This document shows, one piece after another, positions 17,448 to 24,721 of a stretch of DNA of 31,012 bases. Position 1 is the first letter of the stretch, and every line of letters begins with the position of its first letter. Made by a program: the position numbers and the translations under genes. Source of the DNA: a virus. Its lineage: Duplodnaviria > Caudoviricetes. The notes under the pieces were generated by a model that worked only from the letters and a program-made list of their open reading frames with translations, ran no database searches and had not been told where the DNA came from. Location of the stretch: IMG/VR virus record IMGVR_UViG_3300017785_003930, positions 1-31,012 of that record. One strand, given 5' to 3'.

Positions 17448-18770
17448 TCAATAACCTCCCGTTTCTTGTTGAGCGTTTCTGTTCCTTCGTGGCGATTCTG
17501 GCCCATTATAGCCGGGAATCAAGCCGAGCCTATCAGCCTCCGCCATCGTTCGGACGGCATCGGCAACGTGAGATGCCCAAGTGTGAAGCGGCACATTACG
17601 AACAATTCCAGAGCTTGAGTCAGGCGCGGACTCGTAAGCTTTGAGCGCTTTGACGCCACGCTCGCAGCATGGAAGTCGAAACTCAAACGTTGGAAACAAA
17701 CCCATAACGTAGTCGATGCCCATCCAGACATCGGGGATCACGGGCACAATTTGAATGTTCTTGAATCCTGCCGTGATGGCGTCGGCCTCAAATGTCACGC
17801 CGTTTCGCTGTGTCTGGCGTGCATCATGAGGCATGAAGTGTTTTCCGTATTTGTAGCCCTTCGCGTTCATGTGGGCATAGCGCGAAAGAATCGTGTCATC
17901 AGCTCCAACGGGGCCGATGTCCACGTCAATCCAGCGCCAACCACCAAAGGGCACACGTTGACCATACCATACGGCAGTATTACGAGGCCCGCCGAGATCC
18001 CAGAATGTATGAACTGGCGCACGTCCATCTATCGGGAAAGGTCCGATTCTGCCCTCAGCTGCCGCTTTTGTCATGTATCGGCCATAAATAGCGTTCTCGT
18101 TGGCAATATTGAAATCACAGTAAAATTCCTGCCGTATCAGCGGCTCAGACATGCCGGATCGTCTTTCCTCGTCAATCTGTGCAAGCGTGATAGCGCCAGT
18201 GTCCTCAACGCTGAGCACCTGGGAAAACCATGACTCGTTCACCGCCGCCATCTTGAGCATGTCAAGGAAATGGTTCTCACCTCGCGGCGTTCCGTTGAAC
18301 CACGCAAAGCCGCCGTTCTCCGCCAGAATCGGGCGCGTGTAATCCCACGCGAGCGGGTTTTGATTCTGGAACTCGGAGAACACGACGCCGTAATAGTTTC
18401 CGCCGACAACGTCCAGGTTATCGGTGCCCAAGATTTGAATCGTTGAGCCGTTGATAAGCTCAATTCGCATATCAGTCTGATTCGGAGGCTTGGCTAGCAG
18501 CTCTTTCGGGATGTGGTCAATCACGCGCATTCCGTTGGTGACATCCACATTCAACCAAAGAGCCTTGCGCCCGAGAGCTGCCGTCGGGAAATAATAGGCG
18601 TAGTTTGCCTTCGTTTGAATGGCGCGTTCAATAAGTTTGTTAAAGCACAACTTATCTTTTCCTGCCCGTCGATGAAACACGAGAACAACACGCTTTACCT
18701 CATCCATCGCTCGCCAGGCCTTGAGCTGGTAATCCCTTGGCGTGAAGCGGTGAGGGAGCTCAATGGTCAC
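17448..18770 (-). CDS. terL: Terminase large subunit
   Basis: Q motif PRDYQ, Walker A HRRAGKD, Walker B VVFSE, GTPRG, nuclease motifs WDLG and SHVADA. Confidence 0.95.
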   Translation of the reverse strand: MTIELPHRFTPRDYQLKAWRAMDEVKRVVLVFHRRAGKDKLCFNKLIERAIQTKANYAYYFPTAALGRKALWLNVDVTNGMRVIDHIPKELLAKPPNQTDMRIELINGSTIQILGTDNLDVVGGNYYGVVFSEFQNQNPLAWDYTRPILAENGGFAWFNGTPRGENHFLDMLKMAAVNESWFSQVLSVEDTGAITLAQIDEERRSGMSEPLIRQEFYCDFNIANENAIYGRYMTKAAAEGRIGPFPIDGRAPVHTFWDLGGPRNTAVWYGQRVPFGGWRWIDVDIGPVGADDTILSRYAHMNAKGYKYGKHFMPHDARQTQRNGVTFEADAITAGFKNIQIVPVIPDVWMGIDYVMGLFPTFEFRLPCCERGVKALKAYESAPDSSSGIVRNVPLHTWASHVADAVRTMAEADRLGLIPGYNGPESPRRNRNAQQETGGY

Positions 18771-18900
18771 TAGCTCTAGCCTCCTGCTTGCGGTGCTTGT
18801 GCATTCGGTTGCCTAGGCAAGCGGGACAGCTGCCATGATTCCGGCAGGAGCGATCAAAACGCCTACCCTTGCGGTAGGGCTGCTTTATTGTGCGGCTCAT
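18760..18900 (-). CDS. 46 aa basic Cys/His peptide between terS and terL
   Basis: Hand translation MSRTIKQPYRKGRRFDRSCRNHGSCPACLGNRMHKHRKQEARASDH; overlaps the terS stop and the terL start. Confidence 0.7.
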   Translation of the reverse strand: MSRTIKQPYRKGRRFDRSCRNHGSCPACLGNRMHKHRKQEARASDH

Positions 18901-19295
18901 AACTTCCTGATCACAATTTCAGTAACGCCAGAATGCTCAACCTTCTCGGGCGCGTAATGTCCCGCACCTTTGCCAATCTCGCGAAGTGCTCCTGTGGCAG
19001 CTGAAAAGTCGGCGACTTCCTCGGCGCTCGCGGCAATTCTAGCGAGGCGTTCAAGCCATTTGTCCTTGGACATGTCGAACTTCTTTTCGGCTTTTACTGC
19101 AATTTTGTTGCGAAGTTCCTCGATCCTTGTTGCAACCTTGTTGTCATTAGCAAGTTTTGATGCGGCTGGATCAATCGACAAGGCGGGGCCGCTTGGATCA
19201 CTGGCAACGTGTTCACGATAAGCCTGGGCAGCTGGCATGTTTAGCGCCACAGCCTGAGCAAACTTTTCGTGTTTTGGGTTCTTCAGCGCTGGCAT
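18897..19295 (-). CDS. terS: Terminase small subunit
   Basis: 'LKNPKHEKFAQAVA...AQAYR...ASKL....KV..RIEEL', C-terminal 'KVEHSG'; upstream of terL. Confidence 0.85.
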   Translation of the reverse strand: MPALKNPKHEKFAQAVALNMPAAQAYREHVASDPSGPALSIDPAASKLANDNKVATRIEELRNKIAVKAEKKFDMSKDKWLERLARIAASAEEVADFSAATGALREIGKGAGHYAPEKVEHSGVTEIVIRKL

Positions 19296-19447
19296 TTTGA
19301 TTTTTCCTTTTCAATTATCTTTTCCAGCATTTTATTCACGTAAGCATTCCATGCGTCCGCAAACTCTTTGCTAAAAGCTTCATTATTAGCATAAATCTGC
19401 TCGACAACACTCAAAGGAATATCGGTTGATTGATTCAGCGCTGGCAT
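19283..19447 (-). CDS. Small hypothetical protein sharing its first codons with terS
   Basis: Starts MPALN; terS starts MPALK. Confidence 0.5.
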   Translation of the reverse strand: MPALNQSTDIPLSVVEQIYANNEAFSKEFADAWNAYVNKMLEKIIEKEKSKCQR

Positions 19448-19725
19448 AATTCGTAGAGGTTGCACACTGCAATTTGTTGCCTCGGCTCAAGTTGGTCGTA
19501 TTTAGCATCGGACACCGAGTTGGCGAATAATGGGCAATGCCTCACATCTTCCCACCACTCGTAAACGCTAGGATTGCCGCCATTTTGAATCCTTTTCAAG
19601 AATTCATTGGTTAAAGCCTGATAAAGCCAAACCGGCGTCTCTTTGTGCTGCAAAATATCACTCAACTCTGGGCGAGTGAGTTGAGAAAGCTTTTTTTCAG
19701 AATCAAGAAATTGCAATGATGTCAT
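19435..19725 (-). CDS. Hypothetical protein
   Basis: ATG near 19725 preceded by GAGG, downstream of a strong promoter. Confidence 0.6.
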   Translation of the reverse strand: MTSLQFLDSEKKLSQLTRPELSDILQHKETPVWLYQALTNEFLKRIQNGGNPSVYEWWEDVRHCPLFANSVSDAKYDQLEPRQQIAVCNLYELCQR

Positions 19726-19759
19726 ATTCGATAATCCCTCAATTAATCCGTTTTTCAAG

Positions 19760-19789
19760 ATTTTACTTACTTTATGAAAATTGTGTCAA
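19760..19789 (-). promoter_or_regulatory. Sigma70-type promoter facing the packaging genes
   Basis: TTGACA-N18-TAAAAT. Confidence 0.65.
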
Positions 19790-19815
19790 GCTTATTTGGC
19801 GGAATGTAGATTTTC

Positions 19816-19868
19816 AACGAACGGATAGGCAATATCATCAATTTTGTTTCTGCGCCAGATTGTTCGGC
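19816..19868 (+). repeat. Degenerate attC-like site 0
   Basis: AACGAAC-ggata-GGC...GCC-agatt-GTTCGGC; inner arms decayed. Confidence 0.35.
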
Positions 19869-20095
19869 CAATCTTCGTCAGTCTCTCGCCCTGGCGCACA
19901 CAGGCGGCAGTAGCTCTTTTGTGACCGAGGCTCAGTCTTGAGCACGTCTCGCTGCTCACCGCAGTATTGGCAGACTCCCGGCCCATGCGTCTCCGTAGGC
20001 ACTGGCGGCTCATTGGAGCCGAGCACGGACAACGGCAAAAGGCCGAACAAGCAGGATGCAGACAACCGCTCTGGGGCGTTGGGCGTGTTATTCAT
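19838..20095 (-). CDS. Cassette-like small protein with two CxxC pairs (zinc ribbon)
   Basis: CQYC...CRLC; starts inside attC-like site 1. Confidence 0.6.
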   Translation of the reverse strand: MNNTPNAPERLSASCLFGLLPLSVLGSNEPPVPTETHGPGVCQYCGEQRDVLKTEPRSQKSYCRLCAPGRETDEDWPNNLAQKQN

Positions 20096-20133
20096 GGTCT
20101 TGGGTTCGCGGTGTCTGATCCTGGTCGTTCGCT
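20042..20133 (+). repeat. attC-like site 1
   Basis: GCCGAAC-aagc-AGGAT[g]CAGACA[a]CCGC...GCGG TGTCTG ATCCT-ggtc-GTTCGCT; two extrahelical bases 6 nt apart. Confidence 0.8.
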
Positions 20134-20447
20134 GGAAGAGTAGCGTTTCGGCGGATGCAGGCGACGAACTCCTGAAACAACTCTGACTGCTGAGTCACCC
20201 ACTCAGGTTGGAGGCACTCGATACTGCCAGCAATGGCGTGCAACCGCCGCTCCATATCATTTGCATGAGCAATCATTGCCACCCCTAGCTTGTTGTCGTT
20301 TCCGCGAAAACGAGCACGGATGGCATTCGTTGCGGGTGTATGCCCCAACAGCGAACCAGCCGCTGCACCCAAGCCATCCTCTGGCTGGACTGTAGCGGCT
20401 CCATCATCGACCATTTGCCCGGTCACAGGCGTTCCATTTGCATTCAT
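20088..20447 (-). CDS. Cassette-like hypothetical protein
   Basis: Starts in site 2 and stops in site 1. Confidence 0.65.
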   Translation of the reverse strand: MNANGTPVTGQMVDDGAATVQPEDGLGAAAGSLLGHTPATNAIRARFRGNDNKLGVAMIAHANDMERRLHAIAGSIECLQPEWVTQQSELFQEFVACIRRNATLPANDQDQTPRTQDHE

Positions 20448-20489
20448 AGGCTATTCTTTGTCGTTGGCTGGGTGAGCTTGTCGTTCGAC
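20350..20489 (+). repeat. attC-like site 2
   Basis: AGCGAAC-cagcc-GCT[g]CACCCA[a]GCCA...TGGC TGGGTG AGC-ttgtc-GTTCGAC. Confidence 0.8.
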
Positions 20490-20713
20490 AAACGAGACTT
20501 CACTGCTTCCACGATCTGGCGCGGAGAAACACCGTCACCAATCAATCCAACTTCATCGCGGATTTCTTGGAGTGCGCGGAGCAGTGCCAGCTTCTCGGCT
20601 TCGTCCATTGTCTCGCACAGTTTCTCCCGCTCTTTTAGTCGCGCGTTCTCACATTGCAGTTTCTTGACCTCATCGAAGAGGCTCACATTGATTTCGTCTT
20701 GGGTCATACTCAT
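20444..20713 (-). CDS. Cassette-like coiled-coil hypothetical protein
   Basis: Likely start MSMTQDE just after site 3; the ORF-track extension to 20968 reads through an attC-like site and overlaps another gene. Confidence 0.6.
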   Translation of the reverse strand: MSMTQDEINVSLFDEVKKLQCENARLKEREKLCETMDEAEKLALLRALQEIRDEVGLIGDGVSPRQIVEAVKSRLSNDKLTQPTTKNSL

Positions 20714-20716
20714 AAT

Positions 20717-20815
20717 GTCGAACAAGGTTGCTGCTCCCAACTTCGGGAGCGGTGGTGTCGTGGGTGATAGGGTTAGTCTTTCGCTCTCCCTTCGTGGGAG
20801 AGCACAGTGTTCGCG
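20717..20815 (+). repeat. attC-like site 3
   Basis: GTCGAAC-aaggtt-GCT[g]CTCCCA[a]C...G TGGGAG AGC-acagt-GTTCGCG. Confidence 0.75.
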
Positions 20816-21030
20816 GAAAGAGGTTCTCCGCATCTTGTGCAGTGCGCGTTGTGAAGTTGTGGCCTCCATGCTTTTCTTGGTGTGGCGTAGCTCATGCGCA
20901 TCTGCATCGGAATCCAATGGCGGAACGATTTGCACCCGCATGGCTTTCCGTGCCAAATCCGCGAACAAGACGCTGCATTGAACGCCGAGGAGCGTCCTTC
21001 TTGAAGCGGAGATTTAGAGTCGGCGTCCAT
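20773..21030 (-). CDS. Cassette-like small Cys-containing protein
   Basis: MDADSK...ASCSR..CGC...CTRCG..SANTVL; starts in site 4 and stops in site 3. Confidence 0.55.
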   Translation of the reverse strand: MDADSKSPLQEGRSSAFNAASCSRIWHGKPCGCKSFRHWIPMQMRMSYATPRKAWRPQLHNAHCTRCGEPLSANTVLSHEGRAKD

Positions 21031-21047
21031 AAGCTTATGCGTTAGCC
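20960..21047 (+). repeat. attC-like site 4
   Basis: CGCGAAC-aagac-GCT[g]CATTGA[a]CGCCG...CGGCG TCCATA AGC-ttatgc-GTTAGCC. Confidence 0.75.
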
Positions 21048-21230
21048 ATGACAATAATTCACAACTTTCCCGCTTTCGTCTCGGTATCGAGCGTAAGCCC
21101 GTGTCTCACTGCATGAGTCGTCGTTCTCCTCCCACACTCCCAGTTTGGCTTGCAGGTTGTGCATTGCTGCCACGTATTGTTCACACGCGGTTTCCGCTGC
21201 TGGTTTGTCGTTGTATATAATGTCGTCCAT
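21042..21230 (-). CDS. Cassette-like hypothetical protein
   Basis: 62 aa; fills the space between sites 4 and 5; its TAA lies within the R' box. Confidence 0.6.
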   Translation of the reverse strand: MDDIIYNDKPAAETACEQYVAAMHNLQAKLGVWEENDDSCSETRAYARYRDESGKVVNYCHG

Positions 21231-21240
21231 AATTTAAGAA

Positions 21241-21327
21241 GGCTAACAAGACGCGCCATCCAACGGCGCGGGCATCTCTGGTTGTTTCGGTTGTCCTGCG
21301 CCGCCGTGGATGCGCTCTGCGTTCTCC
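21241..21327 (+). repeat. attC-like site 5
   Basis: GGCTAAC-aagac-GCG[c]CATCCA[a]CGGCG...CGCCG TGGATG CGC-tctgc-GTTCTCC; classical C/A extrahelical pair. Confidence 0.8.
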
Positions 21328-21585
21328 TTATCTGCGGGTGGCCTCCATTTGGCGGCGGCATGTTTCAACGCCACACCACCACAACAGAGAGCCGTTCTGC
21401 ACGATGCTGCCGATGCTTCCTTTGCCGTCGTCAATGTCCACTGTCCAGCCGTAGCTGGTTTCCCGTGCCGTGGCTTTCATCTTTGGTTCCAGCGTCTCGG
21501 CAGCGGCAAGAGCTTGAAGTTCTGACGGGAAGCCTTTCGGCATGTTTGGTGCTTGGGAGAAGTCAAGTTTTTCGTATGTCTTCAT
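21328..21585 (-). CDS. Cassette-like hypothetical protein
   Basis: Likely start MKTYEKLDF; lies between sites 5 and 6. Confidence 0.55.
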   Translation of the reverse strand: MKTYEKLDFSQAPNMPKGFPSELQALAAAETLEPKMKATARETSYGWTVDIDDGKGSIGSIVQNGSLLWWCGVETCRRQMEATRR

Positions 21586-21608
21586 AATGGAGTCTAGGGT
21601 AAATCGAA

Positions 21609-21701
21609 GGAGAACAAGCGGGATGCAGGCAACGGCTCGAAGGGCATCTGTCGTGGAATCAAAGTCATTCGCTCGCCGTCGCCTGATCCGCGACGTTCGC
21701 A
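21609..21701 (+). repeat. attC-like site 6
   Basis: GGAGAAC-aagcg-GGAT[g]CAGGCAACGGC...GCCGTCGCCTG ATCC-gcgac-GTTCGCA. Confidence 0.8.
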
Positions 21702-21937
21702 TCAGGAATCAGCCCGTGTTTGCGAAACGTCCCAATGTCGTCAGGATGAGCCTTTGACCAATCTCCGCCTTGCCGAAACAGGCTATTTGATTCAGTCCCC
21801 GATACGCCGTCCGCAAAGTTCTCTTTGAGCAGCACCGCCACTGCGCAGAAGTAGCCGCGCTCCCAATCATGCGAACGCTTTGCTGCACTCAACGGAGTGG
21901 GCTTTTTTGTCGTAGCGGTAGATTTTCGTTTGGCCAT
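21665..21937 (-). CDS. Cassette-like hypothetical protein
   Basis: 90 aa, 'WERGYFCAVAVLL'; starts in site 7 and stops in site 6. Confidence 0.7.
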   Translation of the reverse strand: MAKRKSTATTKKPTPLSAAKRSHDWERGYFCAVAVLLKENFADGVSGTESNSLFRQGGDWSKAHPDDIGTFRKHGLIPDANVADQATASE

Positions 21938-21998
21938 ATTCTATTCCTTTGGTTGAGTTTTTTCGCCGCCCACTCCGTAAGTGAGCAAGGCGTTCGGC
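21870..21998 (+). repeat. attC-like site 7
   Basis: TGCGAAC-gcttt-GCT[g]CACTCA[a]CGGAGTGGGC...GCCCACTCCG TAAGTG AGC-aaggc-GTTCGGC. Confidence 0.8.
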
Positions 21999-22282
21999 AG
22001 AATTGGGGACATCCAGAACGCGGGAGGATAATGCCAATCGTGATAGCGGTCGTCTTGCTGGTTGTAGATCGACCACTCGCACTCGTCTTCCCATCGAGTC
22101 ACCATACCTTTGAGCCAAGTTGCCCATTCAGGCGACCACATCAAAACATCGACTTGATCGCCAATCTGTCCGGGCAGCTTATCCGCCGTTTTAACCCAAG
22201 CCGAACAAGCCGCGTCAGGACAACCGTTACCAGCGCATGCAGGCAATGGCTCGGAGGTGGTCTGTTGTGTTTTCATAGTCAT
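21941..22282 (-). CDS. DUF551-like protein (cassette-like)
   Basis: 'WVKTADKLP...VDVLMW...W....FWMSP'; ATG at 22282 overlaps the upstream TGA inside site 8. Confidence 0.65.
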   Translation of the reverse strand: MTMKTQQTTSEPLPACAGNGCPDAACSAWVKTADKLPGQIGDQVDVLMWSPEWATWLKGMVTRWEDECEWSIYNQQDDRYHDWHYPPAFWMSPILPNALLTYGVGGEKTQPKE

Positions 22283-22315
22283 TTGCTCGCCGTCGCCTGA
22301 TTTTCGATGTTCTCC
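22200..22315 (+). repeat. attC-like site 8 (compound, two left arms)
   Basis: GCCGAAC-aagcc.. followed by an inner ATGCAGGCAATGGC...GCCGTCGCCTGAT-tttcgat-GTTCTCC that is nearly identical to site 6. Confidence 0.7.
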
Positions 22316-22515
22316 GCCTTCCGTTTCGGACGCTTGGCGGACTTCAGCGCGGCGAGGGCTAGCGACTGGATTTGCGCGTGTGGAGTGTTGACGCCCTGCT
22401 CCCACTTGCGGAGAGTCGATGCACTGCGACCGATGGCAATAGCCGCCTGACTCTGGGAGAGTACGGCGGCGTTGCGGGCGGCTTGGAGTTGAGCGGCGAA
22501 GGTCATGCTAGCCAT
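22279..22515 (-). CDS. XRE/cro-like HTH protein
   Basis: 'LQAARNAAVLSQSQAAIAIGRSASTLRKWEQGVNTP'. Confidence 0.88.
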   Translation of the reverse strand: MASMTFAAQLQAARNAAVLSQSQAAIAIGRSASTLRKWEQGVNTPHAQIQSLALAALKSAKRPKRKAENIENQATASK

Positions 22516-22532
22516 TTTTCAACCTATGCTCA

Positions 22533-22862
22533 TCAAACGATTTCGCAAGCAGACCATCCAACGATGTCACCTATGTTATTGTGCTGAGCCTTTTCCATGA
22601 GGATTACGCGAGCGCTCGCGAGTAGCCCGCCTGTCCCATCTGAGGTTGTTTCCGCAACCTCTAGGTTGATGCGTAACCACTCGCTCAGATATACACGGCG
22701 GATTCTGTCTCCGACCTTGTGACCGAACCCCTTTTTCCAAGGGGAAGATGTGCGACCTCCATCTATCGGCGGATGATAGAGCGTTCCACGATTGAGTGTG
22801 TCGCAATTAATTTTGGTTATGTCGTTTATTTTCATGAGGTAGTGTGTTGACGTGATCTTCAT
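22533..22862 (-). CDS. Hypothetical protein
   Basis: ORF directly downstream of a promoter/operator; start could be 22862 or about 22835. Confidence 0.6.
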   Translation of the reverse strand: MKITSTHYLMKINDITKINCDTLNRGTLYHPPIDGGRTSSPWKKGFGHKVGDRIRRVYLSEWLRINLEVAETTSDGTGGLLASARVILMEKAQHNNIGDIVGWSACEIV

Positions 22863-22874
22863 TGATCACACTGC

Positions 22875-22905
22875 ATATTATATCCGATTCGGATACAGTC
22901 AACAA
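22875..22905 (-). promoter_or_regulatory. Promoter with palindromic operator TATCCGA-A-TCGGATA
   Basis: Minus strand TTGTTGACTG-TATCCGAATCGGA-TATAATAT; AT-rich UP-like tract upstream. Confidence 0.7.
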
Positions 22906-22972
22906 GAGATTGCATTTATTTTCATTTTTCTTTGCAATCCCCGTTTTATCAGCCTCCAACGTGGGTATCGGC

Positions 22973-23032
22973 GGAGAACAATACGCTTCTGATTAACTCG
23001 CTCCGCTCGTGTCAGAGCTGAGATCGTTTTGC
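22973..23032 (+). repeat. attC-like site 9 (short)
   Basis: GGAGAAC-aatac-GCT[t]CTGAT...GTCAG AGC-tgagatc-GTTTTGC. Confidence 0.6.
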
Positions 23033-23289
23033 GTATGAATTTTGGCGCGAAGTTCCTCGGTGTATTTCTTGTGGTCGCACCGTCCAGCGGCCTTCCAAAG
23101 TTCCATCGCTTGGGCCTCGGTGACTTTCATCACGGTATGATCCGGCAGTTGGAGTTCTTTGCAGTGGGCCGGAGTTACGTCGAAATCGCAAGCATTGATG
23201 ATGCCGCACACATCGCATCGGCGAACCAAAGCATAACAAGTCGTGGCTGGAGCAATTGCTACCAGCGGGGATGTCGGTTTTGTATTCAT
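22993..23289 (-). CDS. Cassette-like Cys-rich hypothetical protein
   Basis: Likely start MNTKPTS inside half-site 10; CDVC motif; stops in site 9. Confidence 0.6.
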   Translation of the reverse strand: MNTKPTSPLVAIAPATTCYALVRRCDVCGIINACDFDVTPAHCKELQLPDHTVMKVTEAQAMELWKAAGRCDHKKYTEELRAKIHTQNDLSSDTSGAS

Positions 23290-23312
23290 TATCTTGGGGC
23301 GCTGGTAGTCAT
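23231..23312 (+). repeat. Partial attC-like site 10 (left arm plus terminal stem)
   Basis: GCATAAC-aagtc.. and a CTACCAGCG/CGCTGGTAG stem; no right arm where the dnaB 3' end begins. Confidence 0.45.
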
Positions 23313-24721
23313 TCTGCAATCTCCTTTAAAGTAAACCTTGGACCATCGAAATAACAAAGAATTTTATCGCCTGCCGCAAAGCCTCGCGCAAGCTCGACAA
23401 TGATATAACGTCGATCACGAATGATTTCAGGCTCCTTTTTTTCCTTGCTGAAGCTACTTTTTTTCTCCGGTGCCGTGTAAACATGCGCGACTTTTAGCCA
23501 TGCCTCGCAATCCATCGCTAGAGATTTGGACTCTCGGACATCGCCGTCTGAGTTCTCCTGGGCAACGGCAATAATGGCGACGTTGTATTTCTTCGTAGCG
23601 TCGCAAAGGCTCAGCGAAACGTGCGCAAGTTCCTGCTCTCTGTTGCCGCATTTCTGCCGAGTGCGTAGCTTGCCGACAAGATCGACAACGAAAAGCTTAA
23701 AACCCGCTTGAGCTTCAACGCGGATTTGAGCCACGATATCCTCAACGTAGCGGCCTGCGCTGGTATCAATCTTGTAAGTTTTCCCAGCGTCAGAGCGTAA
23801 TTTCTTCACCGCGACCTGATACGCCTCTTGTTCCTCGCGGCTTTTGAAGCCGTGGCGATCAATTCCGCCCAGCGAAACGCTGGATTCAGCAGCAATCAGC
23901 CTGCCTGTGTATTGCACGCGTCCTAGCTCGTTCGTGAAAACCACTGTAGGAAAACCTCGGCGCGCTGCGTGAATGGAAAGATTACCAGTCAGAACGCTCT
24001 TGCCGCTCTTCGTGGGACCGGTGACAAGCCAGTATTCATTTAGCCCCATTCCGCCACAGCCGCTATCAAGCGACGGGATGCCAGTTGGAATGAGGGGCGT
24101 CAACCCTGAGTCTATGCGGTCTTGAGTCTGACACATTGCCTCAATATGCTCGTTCAGGCACTCGCTGAGGGTGGCGGTAGTGCTGGCATCATCAGAAGCG
24201 CCAGAAACGAACGTCTGAACGGTGGCAATCGCTGTGTTAATCGTCGTATCAATGTCAATATCTGCCTCGGTGCCGTGCAGCTGGAGCTGTCGGAGAGCCA
24301 GCGCGTGACCGTGAATGGCGCGGCGTTGCTTGTGGAGATCGACTAGCGACTTAGCATAAATCGCTGCATGAGACGGAGACGGGATGAAGCAGAAAAGCTC
24401 AGTGATCACCGAGGGCCCGCCGCATTTTTCAAGTTTGCCTTGGTCACGTAGCCGATTGGTAAGGAATACGGCGTCGATAGGCACATCCTTATCATCCATC
24501 GTCAGAATCTCGCTGTAAATGGTCCTCAGTCCCTCATGGTAAAAGCACTCAGGCGATACTTTGGCGCGGATTGTGGAAAGCTTTTCAGGGGCGTTGAAGA
24601 TTGCAGATATGACGCCTTTCTCTGAGTCTTCCGACCATGGAAGGGATTGATTCAGGATTGCTAGGCAGTCCTCGGCATTCATCTGCTCGTTGCGTTTGCG
24701 TCCGTAGGGTGATTCGTTCAT
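23309..24721 (-). CDS. dnaB: Replicative DNA helicase, DnaB family
   Basis: N-terminal 'LPWSEDSEKGVISAI', 'IPTGIPSLD', Walker A GPTKSGKS, 'VVD', 'NREQELAHVS..L'. Confidence 0.92.
   Translation of the reverse strand: MNESPYGRKRNEQMNAEDCLAILNQSLPWSEDSEKGVISAIFNAPEKLSTIRAKVSPECFYHEGLRTIYSEILTMDDKDVPIDAVFLTNRLRDQGKLEKCGGPSVITELFCFIPSPSHAAIYAKSLVDLHKQRRAIHGHALALRQLQLHGTEADIDIDTTINTAIATVQTFVSGASDDASTTATLSECLNEHIEAMCQTQDRIDSGLTPLIPTGIPSLDSGCGGMGLNEYWLVTGPTKSGKSVLTGNLSIHAARRGFPTVVFTNELGRVQYTGRLIAAESSVSLGGIDRHGFKSREEQEAYQVAVKKLRSDAGKTYKIDTSAGRYVEDIVAQIRVEAQAGFKLFVVDLVGKLRTRQKCGNREQELAHVSLSLCDATKKYNVAIIAVAQENSDGDVRESKSLAMDCEAWLKVAHVYTAPEKKSSFSKEKKEPEIIRDRRYIIVELARGFAAGDKILCYFDGPRFTLKEIAE

Noticed and set aside
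21378-21420. Additional attC-like left arm (ACAACAGAGAGCC...)
   Set aside because: I found no matching right arm, and it lies inside a cassette gene.
19816-23312. CRISPR array or REP/BIME interpretation of the repeats
   Set aside because: The repeats are not identical, they are separated by whole genes, and they show attC-type asymmetric bulges.
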